In this document: positions 63,743-64,000 of the stretch, piece after piece | Numbering within the stretch: position 1 is the first letter of the stretch | Layout of the letters: the number at the start of each line of letters is the position of its first letter | From: Octopus bimaculoides | Lineage: Eukaryota | Direction of reading: 5' to 3' | Length of the DNA: 64,000 nt | NCBI RefSeq assembly: GCF_001194135.2 | Contig: NC_068981.1 | Coordinates: forward strand, 68,129,239 to 68,193,238 | Notes under the pieces: generated by a model | The model's database searches: none | What the model was told of the DNA's origin: nothing | What the model saw: the letters and a program-made list of their open reading frames with translations, nothing else | Position numbers and translations under genes: made by a program

Positions 63743-63811
63743 CTGACAATGCTGTCTATTATGTAGAAACCAGGACTTACCTGCAAAGAAAAAAATAGAA
63801 AGCAAACGAAA
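63743..63811 (-). other. Candidate recursive splice site (3'ss immediately followed by 5'ss) with possible 38-nt RS-exon
   Basis: Minus strand: TTTCGTTTGCTTTCTATTTTTTTCTTTGCAG|GTAAGT, junction 63781/63780. A second donor CAG|GTAAAA lies 38 nt downstream. Confidence 0.45.
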
Positions 63812-64000
63812 TTACCTTAAATGTATTACCTTATTGAATAACATAGAAATCGAATAACATCATTATAAACAAACATAAGAATAAAGAAACACTGAAGTAC
63901 ATGAAAATATACATATATGTATATATACATGCATTTAAAATACACAAATATTCATGTATAAGTTTGAATATGAATGTATTATATATATATATATATATAT

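Overview
AT-rich eukaryotic, essentially non-coding DNA from a draft assembly with many N gaps, most flanked by (TA)n/(CA)n microsatellites. The tRNA-derived SINE families and repeat landscape point to a cephalopod, most likely Octopus (inference from recalled repeat families, no search run). I recognise no host protein-coding exon, rRNA, true tRNA or CRISPR array, so the window is probably a very long intron or intergenic DNA. Identifiable coding remnants are all transposons. These are a largely complete but frameshifted Penelope-like element (RT + GIY-YIG), a second Penelope-type RT fragment, at least eight R4/Dong-clade non-LTR pieces mostly stacked at (TAA)n microsatellites, RTE and CR1/L2-group LINE 3' ends, Tc1 and mariner remnants, and about 18 SINE copies. 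The best non-TE signals are a minus-strand acceptor fused directly to a consensus donor (candidate recursive splice site, 63780/63781) and a GC-rich pri-miRNA-shaped hairpin (12485-12566). Others are further long hairpins, an inverted SINE pair and an exact 64-bp inverted duplication at a deletion junction. All calls were made by eye and element boundaries are approximate.
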